A stretch of DNA of 64,000 bases from Camelus dromedarius. Taxonomy: Eukaryota. The notes under the pieces are model-generated. The model saw nothing but the letters and a program-made list of their open reading frames with translations. It searched no databases and was not told the origin of the DNA. The position numbers and the translations under genes were made by a program. The stretch lies in assembly GCF_036321535.1 (NCBI RefSeq), contig NC_087447.1, positions 49,292,001 to 49,356,000 of the forward strand, given 5' to 3'. Positions within the stretch are counted from its first letter, which is position 1, and every line of letters starts with the position of its first letter. Of the stretch, positions 1 through 13,106 are shown piece after piece.

Positions 1-1729
1 AATGTCTGTGGGAGAAACCTTGTGCTGAGCTAAGGGAAGCTCCTGTCTAATGGAGAAGACCTCCTCTGAGCTAGAGACAGCCCTGGAGTTTCTCTTCAGG
101 CATCCTTATCTAAGCGAAAGGCATAGCCCTGCCCTCCAGGAATTTTCCATCTGTTCTAGGGACAGGTTGCAGATGCTGAAAAGATAAAGAATGGGGACAA
201 AATGCACTGCAGTGATTAGCACAAGAGAATGGGAAGGAAACAGTCCATGATATGGAGCCTTCTGGAGTCAGGCAGCCAGAGGCACAGGAATGCAGGGTGG
301 GGTGAGGAGTGGGGTGAATAGAAGAAGGAATGGCCTTTACACCAGAAGTCAGGAAAACCCCCAACAACTCCTGGCCTGGCCCCGACCTCCCTGGATGAAC
401 TTGGGCAAGTCCCTGCCCCTCTCTTGGCCTCACCTGTACAATAAGGACACCTGCACAGCTTGAACCAAGCCCAGGCTACTCCTGGCCAGGACAGCTCACG
501 GAGGGAGAGAAGCTGGAGCAGCTTCCTGGGGTGAAGGTTTGGCGTCCGTCACACCTCTCCACTCCCAGTGTCAGCTGAATGCACTGCGTGAAGCAAGGGA
601 CTAGGGTCAGGAGACAGTTTTGGGACGTGAAGAAGGGGGAATTCCACAGCCCCAGCTCCAAGCCACCCTGCCTGGACTCTTTGTTTTTATTTCCTGGCTC
701 CCAAGGAAACCGTTCTTGGCCAGGACCAGAGAGCTAGGGAACCAGCTGGCTTGGCTCTGGCCCTGTTCTGAGGACAGAGAGAAATCTTCTGTGACAGAGG
801 CCCAGGTCCTGCTGCTGCAGGAACAGAAGGGATCTGCCCCCCACCACTCAGCCTAGAGGACCCCAGGGCCGTCTCTCCCCACCAGCCCAGCCTGGCAGTG
901 GTTTGCTTCTCTGATGCCCCGTCTTAGAAAGGCCTTTGCTCCTCTCTCCCTAACACCTTAGGTCTAACTTCCATCTCACCTCCTCAGAGCAGAAACATGT
1001 CTTTCTCTTGTCGTTAGCGAGGAGAGAATCGCACATGTCAGAACAAAGCCTTCTTGGCCATTACCTTGGCTGCCCCTGCTGATGAAGGCCCTGAAGCCCA
1101 GAGTTCAGGACTTATCCAATGTCATGTGCCTTTCAGTTTAGCAGACTTGCAACAAGGGAGACCTGTACACAGCAGGATAGGCGACGGCTTCAAAGCTAGA
1201 GCCATCACTTCTATTTCTGTCTCCTTGCTTTTGCCTTGGCTCTGTCTCTACTAGGAATTCCTTCTCTTCCACCTCTCCAGATCCTCCCATTCTTCAGGCC
1301 CTACCTCTGTCCTACCTCCAGGAAGCTGCCCAGCACCAGGCCTCCTCAGGTTTCACCTTCTCTGGAGGCTTTAGATTCTGCCCCAACACTTTGCTGTTTC
1401 ATCATCTATTAGTCTGTATGTCCATTCATTCGTTCTCTCATTCACTGCATAAATATTTATTGAGTGCCTGCTATACCCTGGACTCTGGAGATTCATCAAT
1501 TAACATAAGAGACAAAAACCCCTTCTCTAAATGGAGCTTACATCCTGGTGGGGTGACAATAAAATGGCTAAATTTTAAATGTGTAAAATGCATGGTATGT
1601 TAGGTAAAGTGCTATGGAGAAACATAAACTAGGAATGGGGAGATCCGGGAGTGGTTGATGTCCCATATTAGGGGCACAGAAGGGAAGACAAAGGGCTGGG
1701 TTGGCTTGGGAAGAGCTACGGCAAGACAG

Positions 1730-2045
1730 GATGGAAAGGGCTGAGTGGGGAAAAAAATGAAATGATAAGTAGAAGAAATGAAAAGAGATAGGATGGGATG
1801 AATGGAATAGAATCAAATATAATGGTATGGAATCGCATTTTGAATAGAATTGAATGGAAAGAAAAGCAATTGAATAAAATGCAATCCAACTCAATGGAAT
1901 GAAATGCAACCAAATTTCAAAAATGGAATAGAATTCAATGGAAAGGAGTCAAAAGTAATGGGATGGACCTAATGGAATGAGATGGGATGGAAGGAACGAA
2001 ACAGTTTAAACTGAACGGAGCAGGATGGGACGGAAACACATGGCA
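1730..2045. repeat. Degenerate pentamer repeat (GGAAT/GAAAT/GGGAT)n
   Basis: Visible 5-bp periodicity, e.g. aatggaatagaatc, aatggaatgaaatgcaa. Confidence 0.8.
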
Positions 2046-2090
2046 TGGCCAGCCTGCCCACTCTGACCTTCTCCCCACTCACCCCAACAG

Positions 2091-2448
2091 TTTTCCCCAG
2101 AGTGCTGCTGCGGACCCTGCGTCACCCTATCTTCCTACTGGTGGTCCTGTCCCAGGTGTGCATGTCATCCATGGTGGCAGGCATGGCCACTTTTCTGCCC
2201 AAGTTCCTGGAGCGCCAGTTCTCCATCACAGCATCATATGCCAACCTGCTCATAGGCTGCCTCACCATCCCACTGGCCATCGTGGGCATTGTGGTGGGGG
2301 GCATCCTGGTCAAGCGCCTCCGCTTGGGCCCCATGCGCTGTGGCACCCTTTGCCTGCTGGGGACGCTGTCCGGCCTACTTTTCAGCCTGCCCCTCTTCTT
2401 CATGGGCTGCTCTACCCACCAGATTGCAGGCATCTACCACCAGCCTGA
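2091..2448 (+). CDS. SLCO2B1: SLCO2B1 coding exon (transmembrane region, FPRVLLRTLRHPIFLLVVLSQ...IAGIYHQP)
   Basis: Acceptor ccccaacag| at 2090 and donor GA|gtgagt at 2449; contains the OATP motif FLPKFLERQF. Confidence 0.96.
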
Positions 2449-4678
2449 GTGAGTATGTGTGAGAGTATACCAGCATAAGCACGGGGGAGGGTGGGACACG
2501 GAGGTGTGGTCCAGTAAGGCCAGGTCAGTGGGGCACCCTCGACCTCAGATCTCCCCTCCCCTCCTCTCCCCGATTGGCTCAGTTGTGAGCAGTGGAATTT
2601 CTCTCTTGAAGGCTCCAGTGAAGGTGTCAGGCACCCCTAGAAGGGGTAGCGATGGAACTTCACAGGCATGATAGCTCAGGCCTGGGGAGGGGTAGAGGCT
2701 GAGGCAGGGCAAGGCCACTTGTGTGGATGGCATCTCCAGAGTGGTCAGGCCCTGTGGGCCTAGAGCAGATGGGGCAGAGGTTTTGTCCCCAGGCAGAGGA
2801 AAGGCCTGCCCAGGAGGGAGCAAGCTATCCGTCCCTGGGGGGTGAGGGTGAGAGAAGGGGCGAACAGGGTCCAGAAGGAATGCTGCACAGGGGACTTACG
2901 TCCTGGAAGGGGTTGGCCTTGAGACCTCGGAGATTCTTTGTCCTTAGAGCCTGGGAGCTAAAATTCTGTTCTACGACCCTAAAATTCTAGAGTTCTTTTT
3001 CTACGTCTGTGGGGCAGCGCCTGCCTACACCTTCCAGGAGGAAAGCCTCTGATGCCTATCTCCCTTTTCCTTCTTTCCCCCCAACCCCCCACAGACATAG
3101 ACCTTCTCCCCTTGGGAGCCGTTCTGGAGAGAATGTTGCAAGTTCTATTGCTGCCTCTTCTCCAGAATGATTTCATTTTTCCTAGGAACTTCTCCAGGCT
3201 TAGGCTGGCCCAACACACAGCTAGAATCCTCCAACTTTCTCTTCCTTCCTCTCCCTCAGTATCTCGTCCCTCCACCCAGGTGCCAACTTTCCACACCTGG
3301 GTCTCCTTCTGTTTGACTACGGAGGGCCTCAGTCCAGAAATGTTCAGCCCTTGCCCACTGTGTCCCAGGTCCCACCTCACTGACCTCTCCCCCATCTCCC
3401 TTCCCTCTTCCCTCCTCCCTTGTCCCTTCTCTTTTTCCCAAAGGTCTAGGGCAGGGCCATCTGTGGGAAGAGCCCCTCTCTAGGCACAGAGGTGGGGCTT
3501 CAGCCAGGCCCTCATGAAGCCCCTGGTCTCAGGAGGGAAAAAGGGCCTTCAGGTGATTTGGAGAGTAAAAAGTAAATGAATATTTTACCAAAATTTTTAA
3601 AAAAGGTAAATGGGAAAAAGTCAGTCTACTTCACATGCCCCATTTCTCTATTCTGCCTCTCACCTTGACCCTGACATCTCATATCACCCATGTTCTCAAC
3701 TATATTCTTGCGATTTATTCACTGAGCTTTGGGTTCTAATTCACTGAAGAAGCCTTTGGGGGCCAGCTGAGCAAATTCAGGAGAACTTCTCATACTCCAG
3801 CACAACTAGTGGTGTGGACAGCTGCCAAGGACCGAAGGTCTCCCACACACCCGCTCCTCTCGTATTGCGTTTCACTGAACCCTTGCAGGATCTTGGGGAT
3901 GGGTCCTACCATTATCCCCACTTCACAGATGAGGAGAGCAAGGCTCAGAGAGGTGAAGTTGCCTCTCTTCTGATCTCCTGCCCCTGTGCACCCCATCTTG
4001 CCCTGGCCAACTAGAAGGGGCACTCCTGGGACCAGGGGGCAGGCCCTTGGGAGGGAGTTGGGTGGGACTAAAATGTGCCCTGGACAGTGAACAGGGTAGC
4101 GAGAGTGAGAGAGAGGTCATGAGACTACAGGATGGTGATGGCAAGGGGGACCGGCCTAGCTGACAGATGGAGAAACTGAGAGGGGCAGAGAGGGGCAGGA
4201 TCAGGTTGGAGATCCCCAGCTATTCAGGTACCCTGACTGGGTCCCACACATATAGCTCGAATTTTCTAAGAAAAAGAAGCAATCCAGCTAATTGAGAAAA
4301 AAGCACTTTTCATCTGAGACTAAATTTGGGGAAGAATTTATCTTATGTTCCCTAAAAAAAGGAGCAAAGATGTTTGCAGAAGCAGCTTAAAGACTTGTAG
4401 GCTTTTGGGGCTGGAAGAGCCTCTGGTCCAGACTCGACTCCCCACCTCTCCCATTGGAGGCCTCCTGCAGCTTCTAGCCCATCTCCCTGTTCCATTGGAA
4501 AGGGCTCACCACTGCATGTCATGGAGCAGCTCTGACAGTGAAAAACCTCTGTGTGGAGCTGAAATCTCTGGCTATTGCTCTCGGGGGTGGGGAGATGGGC
4601 TGCAGGGCTGAGGTGGCCCCAGCTTGTGGCCTGAGGGAGGGAGAGCCAGGCCAACCCTGCTGGCCTTCTTTCCCATAG

Positions 4679-4841
4679 TGCCCAGCCTGGGCTGGAGCTA
4701 TTTCCAGGCTGCATGGAGCCCTGTTCCTGCCCATCAGATGACTTTAACCCTGTCTGCGACACCAGCACCGGTGTGGAGTACCTCACACCCTGCCACGCTG
4801 GCTGCACAAGGGTAGTCCAGGAGGCTCCGGACAAACGCCAG
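4679..4841 (+). CDS. SLCO2B1: SLCO2B1 coding exon, Kazal-like extracellular loop (AQPGLELFPGCMEPCSCPSDDFNPVCDTSTGVEYLTPCHAGC...KRQ)
   Basis: Acceptor ttctttcccatag|, donor CAG|gtgggt; Cys pattern typical of the OATP Kazal-like loop. Confidence 0.96.
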
Positions 4842-6269
4842 GTGGGTCAGGCCTCTGGCTGCTCCCTCTGCCTCCCATGGGCTCTGCACTCTCCATCTCT
4901 GTGTGCCTGTCACACTCTCTACCTCTGAATGTTCTCACTCTCTGGCTCTTCTCTCTGTTGTCTGTCTTCTTCTGTTTGCAGATGTAGGATGTTATTCTTT
5001 CAATAAGCTTTCATTTCCAGCCTGGGTCCAGCCATGTGCCAGGTCTCAGAGCACAGAGGTGAGCCAGATCTGGCTTGAGCTGTCTGTGCAGGGGAGATGC
5101 AAAAGGAAATAACTCAGGAATTCCAGGGGCAGGAGAAGTATAGACAAGGATGGAAGGAGATACAGCCCATCTGGGAGGGTCCCAGAAGGCTTCTCAGGAC
5201 GTGGCATTTGTGCTAGATCTTCAAGGATGATCAGGGAAACTAAGGAAGGGTTTCCAGGCAATGGGGGCTGGGGGTGGGGGTAGGGAAACAGAAGCAGAGA
5301 TTCCGGAAGCAAGCACATCACATGGCATGCACACACATACACACACACACACACGTAAGTACAGTGTTTCAAGAAACTGCAAAGAACTTATTGGAGCAGA
5401 AAAAAAGTTTCATGGAGAGTAAGCAAGGCCCAGACAGGGAAGGGCCTTGAATGCTAGGCTGTGAGTGGGGACTTCATCCAAGGAGTAATGGGGAGACTTG
5501 GGTGGGTTTTAAGCAGGGGAGTGACTAGGTCAGATCTGTGTTTGATCACATTTGAGGCCACAGTGCGGAGGAAAGTGAACAGAACACAGTCCAGGAGACA
5601 AGAAAACCAGTGGGGAGGCTGATGCAATGAACCCATTCAGACAGTCAATCAGTCAGTCAATAAACCTTCATGGTGCCCCTCCTTTGTGCCAGGGCCTGTG
5701 CTAGGGGCTGAGGACAAACCCAGAGCCAAGGGGCCTTGCCCTCAAGGAACTCACAGGTGGAGAAAGAGGGCAGCAGCAGTGTGTTCTATGTGTATCTTAG
5801 AAAGGCCACCAAGACCAGCAGACTCCCCCTCCCCTCTCTCCGCATTGACCCCAAAGGACAAGTGGGGACAGGACTCACCTTCCTTAGGCCCCAAGGCTGG
5901 AGTAAAGCATATGTGTGAGGGTGTGGTGTCAGGTTAGTAGTTATGACGCCTCCTTCTCTCCAGAGTCTCACACCCCATCACACGGAACCCCTGCTGTTGT
6001 GTCCTGCTGGGCATCAGCATCTAAGCCCAAGACTCCTGCATGGAGAGACCTGGGCCCCAGTGGCTGGCACAGAGTAAAGCACCTGGTTGATGGTGCTTCA
6101 GAAGCCAGCCAGGTGCCACCTGAGCTGTGTAAACTGTTTGCATTTGGAATAATTGTAATCCTGGGTTTTCCGGCCTCCTAGTACTCACTGTTCTGACCTG
6201 GTTTGAGTTCCCTGAGACCCTGGCAGCTGGGGAAGGATCTCCAAGAGGACAGTGAACTCTTGCTGATAT

Positions 6270-6660
6270 AGGTCCCTGAGCACTGAGGCCAGGCCACCTG
6301 GTTCAAATCCCTATTCAGCCTCTAACTGACTCTGTTACTTTAGGTAAAATATTTCATCTGTGTCTCCGTTTCCTGGTCTGTGAAATGGAGGTGATGGTAT
6401 TGAGTACCTACTATATACCAGGCACTGTGCTAAATGCTTTACCTAGATAAATTCATTAAATAGTAAGTGAAGATCCACATGACAAAATTCACGAAAAGCA
6501 CTTAGCACGTGCCTGGGAAATATTAAGCATGGATTAATACACACTCCTATTATGCCCATTATACAGATGGGAAATGGAGGCCCAGGAGAGGACCAAGCAT
6601 TGTACAAAGTCTTAATGCCAGAGCTAGAACTAGAACCCAGTGCTCTGGCCTCCGAGCCTG
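6270..6660. mobile_element. Cluster of MIR SINE fragments
   Basis: CCTGGGTTCAAATCCC..CTGTGAAATGG and CCCATT.TACAGATG.GGAAA..GAGGCCCAG core motifs. Many similar MIRs occur elsewhere (e.g. ~3900, 9500, 16100, 26700, 31600, 50800, 58050, 62600). Confidence 0.7.
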
Positions 6661-7316
6661 GTCCCTTCTCCAGAGCATCCTCAGAGGTTGTGTTGGGTAT
6701 CGTGTTTGAAGGAGGGTGCAGCTGAATCCTGGTCAGCACTCAGGAACTGTCACCTTGGCCTGGAATTGTTTCTTGGCTAGCCTGCCTCCTCAGGCCAGCT
6801 GCAAGCTCCTCAGCCCAGGGCTGGGTCATCAGTGTCCAGCACAGCTGTGCTCAGTAACTGTTTATGAAGTAAAGGACCAGGGGAAAGATGGGGAGAGGTG
6901 GACGGCTGCTGGCATCTAGAGCTCAGGGGGTAGGAATGAGTCCCCATAGAGAGTAAGAATCAGAGGCAGCTGGACAGATTGAAGGCATTCGTAAGAAGAA
7001 CTTCCTGCCATGGAATTAGATAAATATGAATGAAGGGCTGGGAAAACTTCAAGAGAAAGGCCTCTAGTTTTGTGTCCCTCCCAGCAACCTTCTGCCTCTC
7101 AGAAAAAGAACAGGATATTTCTCTTCCAGTCACCTTGCCTTGGCATATTTCTCCACATACCTGTCCCTCTATTGTATCTCCAGCCCAGTGGGTTGCTCAG
7201 CCTGGAGTGAAGGTCCACATGGCGTGTGCTCAGGAGGGCATGCACATATGACAGCATAACCTTGTCATGCAGTGAACGGAGCATCCAGGCACCCAAGCTG
7301 CAATTCTAGGCCTCCA

Positions 7317-7369
7317 GTCTCTGTCTCTCTCTCTCTCTCTCTCTCTTCCTCTCTGTCTCTCTCTCTCTC
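7317..7369. repeat. (CT)n microsatellite
   Basis: Direct inspection. Confidence 0.9.
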
Positions 7370-9163
7370 ACCTTGTCCCAATTCTACCTTCTAAATATCT
7401 CTCAAATCAAAACCCTCCCTGACTCCCTACCCCTTAATGGACCTCCCCCATGAGATCCATCCTCTTGTAGCAGCCAGAGTAGCATTTGTACTATCAGGTC
7501 TTGTCTCTCCCAAGCTTACAATCTTTCTGAGGCTCCTGGCATCTGCCTCAGGGTTTACCAGCCCTTCTCTCATTGGAAAGAGTCTGAGGCCATCAGGGAT
7601 GGAGGTTAAAGGCCCAGAGGGTTCCAGCTGCCTGGAGCCAGCCAGGTGACGGCTAAGAGCTGATGCGATCCCTGCACAGGTGGTCTCCCAGCTGAGGCCA
7701 GGGGCCCCTGGGGCACGCTGGTTGGGAAACTGATCTATGGGGCAGAAAAGAAAAGCCAGGGCTTCCTTCCTGTCAGTCGCCTCAGCGCACTGTTGGTCCA
7801 AACCAATTCTGACAGAATCTGGAGGTTTTCCAGGCCACCTGGGGGGAGTGGGAATTCAGGCTGCAATCAAATACACCCCTACACCAGCCTGGGGACATTC
7901 CCTTGCTGTTTGGAAAGGGGTTAGCTTTTCCTCATACTTCATTCAGGCTTTGGAAGGGTCCCAGTTTTCTGGGGGTCTCCCATCAGACCTTCCATCAGGC
8001 AGAAGGGAGGGCTAGGACACTTCCTCAGGCCCCGTAGCCCCCCAAACCTCAGAAAACTGTGTTCCATCGTACAAAATTCTGCAAACACCTTGTGGCCAAA
8101 GCCTGTTTCAGGACTCTGCTCTCCTCTGAGTTTACCTCACTTACTACTGAACCTGAGTATTTTTTCCCTTTCTGCCAGCTCGTGGACATTCAGGACAATG
8201 TTTTCAATACTTTATTCAGCATTTTAAATTGTCAGCAGGATGATTGGCAGGGTACCCAGTCCACTGTTTTTCTGGAAACAGCAGTCCAGATTCTCTTTTG
8301 TGTCCAAGGCTCTTCACGTGTTGCCCCAGCGTACCTCCCAAAGGCCTCCCCTCTGTCCTTTCATGCTTGCATGCACTCTGCTCCCAGCAGGAGGAAAGGT
8401 TGACTGGGGTCTTATATGCCACTGTGATTTTACATTTGACTCTCCCACTACTCATTCTGATTTTCCTCTTGGTGAACTCCTATGCATTCCTCAAGACCCA
8501 AATCCAACACCCCTTCTTTGGTGAAGCCTTCCTTGGCCCTCACCTGCTGAACCAGGACTCCCACTGTACTGTCTCTGTCCATCTTGTGCTTGAATCTCTC
8601 CCTGAGAATCTGCTCTGGAAACTAGTGCCCTGGAACACCTCAGTAAAGCAGGAAGAGGAGACACTAAACTGAAAAGTCTGAATTCCTTCCCCCAAAACAC
8701 TCTTTGCTGCTTTGAGTCCTTGCATAGACAGCCAGGAATTTGGAACATTCTGACATCACCAGGTGAAAGAATGAGTATATGCGGTATGTGAGTTCGTATA
8801 TGTAGTGAGTGATATGTGTGTGTGTGAGAGTGTGTGGGGGTCTATGTGTGGTGTGTTGGGGGTGACTTTCTTCCAGTTGCCTCTCCTTTTTCTCTTCTCC
8901 ATGTCCTCTTCTCCCCACAGCCTCATCCCAGGCTCAGCCCATTTATGTGCAGATGTGCAGATAGCCTGTGTCCAGGTACCTGTCTGGCTGCTCAAGGCAT
9001 CCTGACTCAGCCAAAGGGTCAGAAATCCCAGTGTCCAGCCAGCTCTGCCCCAGTGTTTTTGTGTCCATGGGTCTCTCATAAGCCTCCTGGGGCCTCAGGC
9101 CCTTGACCAGCTGCTTGTCCTTGGAGGTTCCTGAAGCCTCTTTTTCCCCCCTCCCTACTGTAG

Positions 9164-9327
9164 GTCTTCTACGCCAACTGCAGCTGCGTGGCAGGGGGTG
9201 GCCCTGTGCCAGCGGGTTCCTGTGACTCAACCTGCAGCCACCTGGTGCTGCCCTTCATGATCCTGGTCAGCCTGGGTGCAGCACTGGCCAGTGTCACCCA
9301 CACACCCTCCTTCATGCTCATCCTAAG
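9164..9327 (+). CDS. SLCO2B1: SLCO2B1 coding exon (VFYANCSCV...GSCDSTCSHL...HTPSFMLILR)
   Basis: Polypyrimidine tract plus ctgtag| acceptor, donor AG|gtgaaa; in frame with neighbouring exons. Confidence 0.96.
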
Positions 9328-10726
9328 GTGAAAGCAGGGTAGGCCAGAACTAGTGGATACCAAGAGATCCTTAACCATAGGCAGGACAAGGAATCCTGAG
9401 GGAAACCTTCAAAGAAGAAGGTGTCCTGGGCCCCCACAGCAGACCAGGCTCTCACTGTCCTGTTTTCATCCTCATGGCAAACTGCTGAGATGAAGTTTTC
9501 TCCTCATCTTACAGAAAAGAAAACTGAGGCGCAGAGAAATTCAGGAGCTAGCCCCAGGTCATGTAGCAAGGAAGAGTACTGGGGCCAGGACCCCCAGCTC
9601 AGGCCCTGACTTGCTCCAGAGGAGGGAAGGCCATACCTAAGGCCATGCCCTGGCCTCTAGTCACAATGAGGAGGAAGTGGAGGAGCATCACCTGACTCCT
9701 CACCCCAACCTACCAGCAGTGAACCGGCCACAGATGGTGCATCTAGAAATCCAGACCCCATTAATGTGGTCCATGACTCTGAATGCCACTTCAATAAGCA
9801 CTTATTAAGTGTCCACTGTGGACCCAGTCCGTGCTGAGTACTACCTCTTGGTCAAAGATCTTTCTGGCTGTTGTCCTGCTGGGACCGACAAATTGTCATC
9901 TGAGGCCAAAGTCAGCATATCCTGGGGTGGGTGGGGACTGTAATAAGAGGACCTCAAAGCAGAGTAATTCCAAATTTTCATTATGCTGAGGTTATTTTAT
10001 TCTCTATCTGTTTTCTAGAAAATTAGAAGGGGGATGGAGCACCTTACAATATAAGAAGGCACATAGAACTATAAAGAAGGCTGGCTGTAAGAACAAAAGT
10101 AGAGGAATAAGATGTCCCAGCAGGCAGTCTGATTAAAAGGAGTTAATACAGGCAGTGTGCTACACAAATTCTGACCCCTTACATCTATCGACTGTGGGGT
10201 CTTGGCCAAGTCACTTAACCCATCTAAATATCCTGTCTCCTTATCTGTAAAATGGGTCTAATGTTTTACCCACCATATGGGGGTGATATGGGGGATACAG
10301 CACAGAATGACTGAGCTGTAGAAAGTACTCCACAAATGCCAGCCCCTGTGATTACTTAGAAGAAACCAGTGGTTGCCAGGGCACCCTAGGCTGAGGCATT
10401 ACAGATTGGGGAAGCTAGAGGGCGTGTCTGGCTGCCCAGCTCCAGGTTTTGCCAAGTGTAGGGTGAAGGGGAGAATTTGGTAGGACCAGAGGGTGGGGAG
10501 AGAGGAGATGTATCTGTGACCAGGAACACAAGGAGGGTAGCCCAGGGCCCTGATGGTCAGTGGTTGTGCCTAGCACATGGGGACCTGGCTCGGCAGGTTG
10601 AAGGGAAACAGAGTATGGAGACTGAGGGCAGGCTGGGGCTGGGCAGTGGGAGAGAGGTGGATGGTGAGAGCCCCTTGAGGGCTGAAATCCTCTCAATCCT
10701 CATATCGCTGTATCCCTGCTTGTTAG

Positions 10727-10791
10727 GGGAGTGAAGAAAGAAGACAAGACTCTGGCTGTGGGGATCCAGTTTATGCTCCAGAGAGTTTTGG
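10727..10791 (+). CDS. SLCO2B1: SLCO2B1 coding exon (GVKKEDKTLAVGIQFMLQRVL)
   Basis: Acceptor tgttag|, donor G|gtaaag; 65 nt, phase-consistent. Confidence 0.95.
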
Positions 10792-11134
10792 GTAAAGAAC
10801 CTGCTGGGGACCACTAGTCCAGATACCCGCTGTGTGCTGGGCCGGAGGGGTACAGGGATGAGTGGGACCCAGTCCCTGACCTTAGGGTTCACTGGCCCAC
10901 AGGGTCACAGATCCAACCTAGGTACCCTGGAGGTGGGTGTGCAAGCAGCTAAACAGCCCATCAGGGAGACATACCTGGGTAAATACCAGGGTAAAGGGTG
11001 GGCTTGAGGGCTGAAGAGTTAATGGGCTAAGAGGCCCCCAGTGGCTCAAATTCCCTGAAGGGGTTATATATGCCAGGGAGTGGCAAGGGGGTGGGTGCAG
11101 GTTCCACTTGTTCCCTGAGCACCTCCTCCTCCAG

Positions 11135-11255
11135 CCTGGATGCCCAGCCCTGTGATCCATGGCAGTGCGATTGACACCACCTGCGTGTACTGGGCCCAGA
11201 GCTGTGGGCGTCGGGCCGTCTGCCGCTACTATGACCACAACCTGCTTCGAAACCG
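11135..11255 (+). CDS. SLCO2B1: SLCO2B1 coding exon (WMPSPVIHGSAIDTTCVYWAQSCGRRAVCRYYDHNLLRNR)
   Basis: Acceptor ctcctccag|, donor CG|gtgaga; OATP motif P-P-x-x-x-G-x-x-ID-x-x-C-x-x-W. Confidence 0.96.
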
Positions 11256-12345
11256 GTGAGACTGGGGTTGGGGCTCCCAGGAGGCTGTGGGAAAGTTTCT
11301 GGAAATACCCTCAGGGTTCCAGGCAGAACACCAGCAGGGAGGGAAGGTCCACTGACATCCACCTGTAAGGTGACAGGTGCTCTATCCAGTGCTGAGCTCA
11401 CCAGTCCCACAAGCTATATACCCTATCTCCCCCTTTGATGGATGAGGAAAGTAAGATTTAAGTAAGTGGCCCAAGGCCACACAGCTGGTAACTGGCAAAG
11501 CTGGACCTGACTGAAGTCTGTGCTGGCTGAGTGTGGGAAGAATCAGGGGAGCAGCCCAGCTATAAGAAAGACAGGGAGTTAGGGTAGGGTAGGAAGATGG
11601 CTCTACTGAGGACACAGAAAGCCTTGGATCCAGGCCCAGCTCTGTCTCCCTCATTGTGAGACCTGCCTTTTCTGGGACTCAATCTTTCCATCTGTACAAT
11701 GGGGAGCCCAAAGATACCTGAAGGCAGAGAGGCTGTTGGCCCTGGGATGGATGGGCAGTTGGGGAGAGGGACTTACTAGCAGGGCTGGGAGCAGGGAGCT
11801 TGTCACTTCCAGCTCTGAAAAGCACATGGTTCCTGTGGACTGAGATTGTCCAGGAGGGCTTCCTAGAGGAGGAAAAGTCAAACAAGAGCCTTGGTGAATT
11901 AGACAAATAGGGGAGAGGGCATCCTCCTTTTCTTGCGGCAGATGAAGGTGATCCAAAGTTGCAACTGTCAGGTCCCTTGAGCCCTTAGGAAGACCCAGAG
12001 AGAGGCAGGGCTGGCCCAGGCCATGAGGCAATCAGGACAGGGCAGGGAGGATGCCTAGGCTTCTGCCCCCCCCCCCCCCCCCGCCCCAGGGCTCCTTTTT
12101 CAGTCTTTAACCCCTTTCAGGGAAGGGCTCCCACAGGGGCCAACTCCAGGGGTTCCCTCATTTCCCTAACCAAGGCCATGGTGACAAGGTCCATTGCCAT
12201 AAAGCTGGAGGCCTCTCCCCTACAAGGTCTCAATGTCTCCAACTGTACAATGGGTGATGATTGCTGACCCTACTCTGCTCCAGCCCAAGAATATCCAAGC
12301 CCTGAATGCGGAGGTCCTGAGTTCAAGGTCCCTTGTTTCTCTCAG

Positions 12346-12526
12346 GTTCCTCGGCCTCCAGTTCTTCTTCAAGACAGGTTCACTGGCCTGCTTCACCTTG
12401 ATTTTGGCCATCCTAAGGCAGCAGAACAAAGAGGAGGGGACCAAGGAGACCATACCCAGCCCTGGCCTACAGCAGCAGCTGTTAGATTCAGGGCCAAAGA
12501 AGGAGCCTGAGGAATCCAGAGTGTGA
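12346..12526 (+). CDS. SLCO2B1: SLCO2B1 last coding exon (FLGLQFFFKTG...KEPEESRV*), ending in a class I PDZ-binding motif
   Basis: Acceptor tttctctcag|, TGA at 12524-12526; last transmembrane segment and -SRV tail. Confidence 0.96.
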
Positions 12527-13087
12527 GCTGTCCCAGGGCCCCACCCTGGCGAAGAGTGGCAGCTATGGCGAGTACCTCCTCTAAGCCCTTTGCCCGAGAT
12601 TGGGTGTTGGGAGCTCTGTTTTCCAATTCTGAGTCCTTCATTAACTTGCTGTGTGGCTTTGGGCAAGCCACTGACCCTCTGTGGGCCTTTGCTCATCTGA
12701 ACCAAAGAGTTTGGGGGTTTGCTGTGTTGGCCACTTCTGACGCATGAGGGTTTTCCCCCTTTCCTTCCAGCCAGACAGGCTGACCTGAAACAAGGCTTTC
12801 CTGGGTGGAAGGACTGCATATCTTTCTCCCAGGGCCCTAGGATAGAGAAGTGGACAATAGCAGGCCAGGCTGCCCCACACACTGGGTCCTGGCCCTGCTC
12901 TGCTGCTCATCTGGAGCACCCTCTCTGAGCCTCACCTTCCGTCTCTGTCAGATGGAGACGAAGTTGTCGGCTTTCAGGCCCCTTCCAGCCGTGACCATCT
13001 GTGTGACCAGGGTGGACTCAGATCTCTTCCCCACCCCTTCTCAGCCTGGAGGTGGGGCCAGGACAGCCTCAGTTAAGAAGCATCCAC

Positions 13088-13106
13088 TTGGCGCCCCCTA
13101 GAGGCA
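13088..13106 (-). promoter_or_regulatory. CTCF-type motif (minus strand TGCCTCTAGGGGGCGCCAA)
   Basis: Close match to the CCASYAGRKGGCRS core with an intact CpG. Confidence 0.6.

Larger units (their letters stand above)
2091..12526 (+). other. SLCO2B1: SLCO2B1 (OATP2B1) gene, 3' part: join(2091..2448,4679..4841,9164..9327,10727..10791,11135..11255,12346..12526); earlier exons lie upstream of the window
   Basis: Six GT-AG-bounded exons with consistent phases splice into one frame, VFPRVLLRTLRHPIF...Kazal-like CSCPSDDFNPVC...KEPEESRV*, which matches the C-terminal half of OATP2B1 as I recall it. Confidence 0.97.

Noticed and set aside
1568..1913. Hydrophobic Phe/Ile/Ser-rich minus-strand ORFs
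   Set aside because: Translation of the (ATTCC)n repeat.
12220..12882. 220-aa minus-strand ORF over the SLCO2B1 last exon
   Set aside because: Antisense to a real exon and UTR, non-ATG start, and no recognisable homology.
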